A stretch of DNA of 27,293 nt, taken from positions 1 through 27,293 of the IMG/VR virus record IMGVR_UViG_3300031922_000065. One strand, 5' to 3'. The first letter of the stretch is position 1. The number at the start of each line of letters is the position of its first letter. The notes under the pieces are model-generated. The model made no database searches. It was not told the origin of the DNA and saw only the letters and a list, made by a program, of their open reading frames with translations. Shown one piece after another: positions 24,869 to 27,293 of this stretch. Source of the DNA: a virus. Taxonomy: Duplodnaviria; Caudoviricetes. A program made the translations under genes and the position numbers.

Positions 24869-25410
24869 CACGGCGCTGCTCCGCTGGCTGGGGTGGGCGC
24901 ACTTGGCGCAGACAGGCCCAGGCACAGCCGGTGCTCGTCTTGGCGGCGCACCGTGAGGCCGCGCATCACCGCCCCGCCGGCGCGGTTCCAGCGCAAAATT
25001 TGGTTGCAGGCCCCGGTGTAATCCGGCGGCGTCTGGCGCAGCTTGCGCGCCAGCGTCGAGCGGCAAAAGGCCCCGCTGCCAATGTTGTAACCCAGCGACA
25101 CAAAGGCGTCCCACTCATGCTGGTGCAGTGGCAGCAGCGGCGGCAGGCAGGCCTTCATCTGGCGTTCGATGCGCGCCGCGTCGGCGGTCATGCGCACCAC
25201 CGCGCGCTCGGGCGTGATGCGGTCGCCGGGCCGGATCGGCGATCCGTCGGGCCGCGTCGTGGTGCCAAAGCCTATCGTCTGCACCCCCACGCCGTCGTCG
25301 TAAGCGCGGTCCCTGAAGCCTTCGTGCACCGCCAGGCCGCCCACCATCGACAGGCTCACCGTCAGGGCAGCCAGGGGCCAGCGTCCAAAGAGGGGGGTTT
25401 GTTCACTCAT
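24868..25410 (-). CDS. Endolysin, GH24 lysozyme, probably SAR type
   Basis: E-x8-D-x5-T triad (HEGFRDRAYDDGVGVQTIGFG), YNIG, STL.RKL, GLTVRR..E; hydrophobic segment before catalytic Glu. Confidence 0.93.
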   Translation of the reverse strand: MSEQTPLFGRWPLAALTVSLSMVGGLAVHEGFRDRAYDDGVGVQTIGFGTTTRPDGSPIRPGDRITPERAVVRMTADAARIERQMKACLPPLLPLHQHEWDAFVSLGYNIGSGAFCRSTLARKLRQTPPDYTGACNQILRWNRAGGAVMRGLTVRRQDEHRLCLGLSAPSAPTPASGAAP

Positions 25411-25417
25411 GGCAGCC

Positions 25418-25461
25418 ATTTTTGCTGCCACGCAGGCTCTGGTCGAGCCTGAAGCGCTTCA
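25418..25461 (-). promoter_or_regulatory. Putative activator-dependent late promoter (Plys-like)
   Basis: Palindrome TGAAGCGCTTCA 25450-25461, -10-like AAAAAT 25423-25418, ATG at 25410. Confidence 0.75.
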
Positions 25462-25492
25462 TGCGCCAACTTCAGCGCGCAAAGGGCGGTGC

Positions 25493-25855
25493 CTAGAACA
25501 GCGCGCCTTGGCGCGCCTCATCTTGCGGCCTGCCCAAGATCTCATAAACCCAGCGCTCGCTCAGGTCGTAGCTGCGCGCCAGCGCCTTCACGGTGGCGCC
25601 GGCATCGTAGGCGGCCACGATGGCGGCATCGCGCTGCAAGCGCAGCCGCGCGTCGCATTTCGGGATATATATCACATCGCCGCCCACATAGCGCGCCAAC
25701 TGCTCCTGCGCCAGCGGCGGCAATTCGGCCAGCACCCCCGGCAGCGGGGGGCGCTTGGGCACGCGCAGCGCCAGCCCGCCCGCGAGCTGCACCAGCTGCT
25801 CGAGCGCCTCGCGCCCCATCAGGCGCTCGAGCAAGGCGGTATCGGCTACTGGCAT
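25493..25855 (-). CDS. Mor/C family transcription activator (late activator)
   Basis: GGDVIYIPK...RDAAI...LARSYDLSERWVYEIL; directly upstream of lysis genes as Mu C. Confidence 0.9.
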   Translation of the reverse strand: MPVADTALLERLMGREALEQLVQLAGGLALRVPKRPPLPGVLAELPPLAQEQLARYVGGDVIYIPKCDARLRLQRDAAIVAAYDAGATVKALARSYDLSERWVYEILGRPQDEARQGALF

Positions 25856-25864
25856 GTGCCGCTC

Positions 25865-26128
25865 CTACACAAAAGGCACAAAGGGCGAGGCCGACTGCTT
25901 GCCACAGCGCCCACACAGCCGGTTGTGCGGCCCCTCGCTGACAAACGCCACCCCGCAGCACAGGCAGGGGCGGCGCTGCGCCTTGGGCCTCACCCCAAGC
26001 CAGCCGCCATCACCCGGCATGGCCTTAACGATGGTCTCGCGCGAAACCCCCATGCGCTGCTCCACCGCGCGCCAGGTAAAACCCATCTCACGCAATGCGC
26101 GCACGCGCTCGATCTGCTCAGGTGACAT
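25865..26128 (-). CDS. Small HTH plus zinc-ribbon protein
   Basis: GFTWRAVEQRMGVSRETI helix-turn-helix-like; RPCLCCGVAFVSEGPHNRLCGRC CxxC pair. Confidence 0.72.
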   Translation of the reverse strand: MSPEQIERVRALREMGFTWRAVEQRMGVSRETIVKAMPGDGGWLGVRPKAQRRPCLCCGVAFVSEGPHNRLCGRCGKQSASPFVPFV

Positions 26129-26597
26129 TCGCGCTCTCCTCTTGCTGTTGCGCCGGTGCGCGCCGGCCCTGGCGCGCCCAGCGGCTCAGGCCCACGATCA
26201 ACTGCGAGGCATTGCTGCGGTTCATCCAGGCCGGGTCATCCACACCGCAGGTGCGGCGCGCAAAACTCACCAGCGCCGCCTCATCCAGCCCCAGCTCAAG
26301 CGCCAGGCGCTCGATCTGTGTCCACTGCTGCGGCGTGGGCCGCTCCCAGCCTTGGCCGCCACGCGGCGCCGGGCCCGGGATGCCTATTGCCGCACCCCGG
26401 CGCTTGAGCTCGTAGCACCAGGCCAGCAGTTGCCGGTCGGTGAAGTCCTTGAGCGAGGTGTAGCCCGCAAACGCCTGCTGCGCGGCCCGGCGCGACTCAT
26501 CGTCCAGGCCCAGCAGCAGCGCCGCCGTGTGCGCCAGCCCCAGCAGCACCCTGCGGCGCTCTGCGGGCATCTTGGCGGGTGCTTTGGCGGCAGCCAT
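26118..26597 (-). CDS. Mu gp16/GemA-like (DUF1018) protein
   Basis: H.A...LGLDDE.RR...G.TS.KD pattern; position upstream of activator. Confidence 0.72.
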   Translation of the reverse strand: MAAAKAPAKMPAERRRVLLGLAHTAALLLGLDDESRRAAQQAFAGYTSLKDFTDRQLLAWCYELKRRGAAIGIPGPAPRGGQGWERPTPQQWTQIERLALELGLDEAALVSFARRTCGVDDPAWMNRSNASQLIVGLSRWARQGRRAPAQQQEESANVT

Positions 26598-26598
26598 C

Positions 26599-26895
26599 TC
26601 AGTCACTCCCCAGCTTCAGGTCTAAATCCAGCACCTGCCCCAAGAAGTTGAGCAAGAGGATCACCTCCTCCGGGCTCAGGCGCACCGATTCCTCGCCACG
26701 CGCGAGCAGCAGACAGCCCCTGGAGTCGAAGCTGTAGACCACTTCGCTGCCGCGCCGCTGCACCACCGGCGCAGCCTTTGGCGCCGCCGCCGCACTGGCG
26801 CCGCCCGCGCCGCCCACCTCGACCCTGCGTGGTAAGCCCGGCCACCGCTCCGTCGATTCGATCATCCCGATCGGCAAAGAGTCATCGGCTCTCAT
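26599..26895 (-). CDS. Hypothetical protein (98 aa)
   Basis: ATGA overlap with upstream gene, GGAGG RBS, abuts the next gene. Confidence 0.65.
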   Translation of the reverse strand: MRADDSLPIGMIESTERWPGLPRRVEVGGAGGASAAAAPKAAPVVQRRGSEVVYSFDSRGCLLLARGEESVRLSPEEVILLLNFLGQVLDLDLKLGSD

Positions 26896-27293
26896 ACAGC
26901 CTCCCGCGCGGCTTTGGTTTTTTTGGCGGGGGCGTCGGCCAGCATCCGCACGCTGCTGCCCGTGCTCACCTTGAGCAGCGTGCGCACCAGGCGGCCCTGC
27001 GGGTCGTCGCCATCAGATGCCATGTTCAGCAGCGCATCGGTGCAACCCACCTTTTCCTCCAGCTTCACCAGATCGCCGAAGCGCTCGCCCAGCAGCGCCC
27101 GCAGCGCCTCCACGTCGGTGATCGACACGCGCTGCGGCTCGCTGTAGATCGCCCGGCACACGCCCGGCACCACCACCGTGCCCACGCGCCCCAGCCGCAG
27201 CTTGATCTCTTGCACCCAGAGCGCGTAGTCCGCTTCGCGGGCATCGATGTCTTGCTTGATCTGCCACGCCTCCAGCACCGCCTCCACCAGCGC
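26892..27293 (-). CDS. Hypothetical phage protein, 5' truncated by window edge
   Basis: Frame open to the window end; coupled to the downstream gene. Confidence 0.7.
   Translation of the reverse strand, partial: ALVEAVLEAWQIKQDIDAREADYALWVQEIKLRLGRVGTVVVPGVCRAIYSEPQRVSITDVEALRALLGERFGDLVKLEEKVGCTDALLNMASDGDDPQGRLVRTLLKVSTGSSVRMLADAPAKKTKAAREAV

Larger units (their letters stand above)
1..27293 (-). mobile_element. Mu-like transposable (pro)phage, late region to right end; early/transposase region lies outside the window
   Basis: Continuous co-oriented gene order gp16-like, Mor/C, lysis, gp27, TerL, portal, MuF, gpG, protease I, gpT, gp36, gp37, contractile tail, matching Mu-like synteny. 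Confidence 0.95.

Noticed and set aside
3350-27293. Second VR / additional DGR target
   Set aside because: No further copy of the TR 3' signature seen by eye; a BLASTN of TR against the full genome is needed to exclude remote targets.

Overview
The whole window is the late region and probable right end of a Mu-like (transposable) myovirus or prophage of high GC. All of the main genes are on the minus strand. Reading in transcription direction (right to left): semi-essential genes (gp16/GemA-like), a Mor/C-family activator, a lysis cassette (SAR-like GH24 endolysin, Rz with embedded Rz1), Mu-type packaging and head genes (gp27/DUF3486, TerL, portal, MuF, gpG, protease I with nested scaffold Z, gpT), then a P2-like contractile tail and baseplate with PAAR spike tip and tail-fibre genes. 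Where Mu carries its invertible G segment, gin and mom, this phage has a complete diversity-generating retroelement (DGR). The DGR consists of a C-type-lectin-fold target gene with a 3' variable repeat (VR 1882-1997), a GATA-loop hairpin, avd, a template repeat (TR 1291-1406), a structured spacer and the reverse transcriptase. By manual alignment all 12 TR/VR mismatches fall on TR adenines. Other signals: 22-bp-period repeats at the putative phage end, three identically spaced TGAAGCGCTTCA late-promoter palindromes, a candidate +1 frameshift in the tail chaperone, a MuF-nuclease-like fusion and two unannotated micro-ORFs. Product calls rest on motif recognition and synteny only; no database searches were run.
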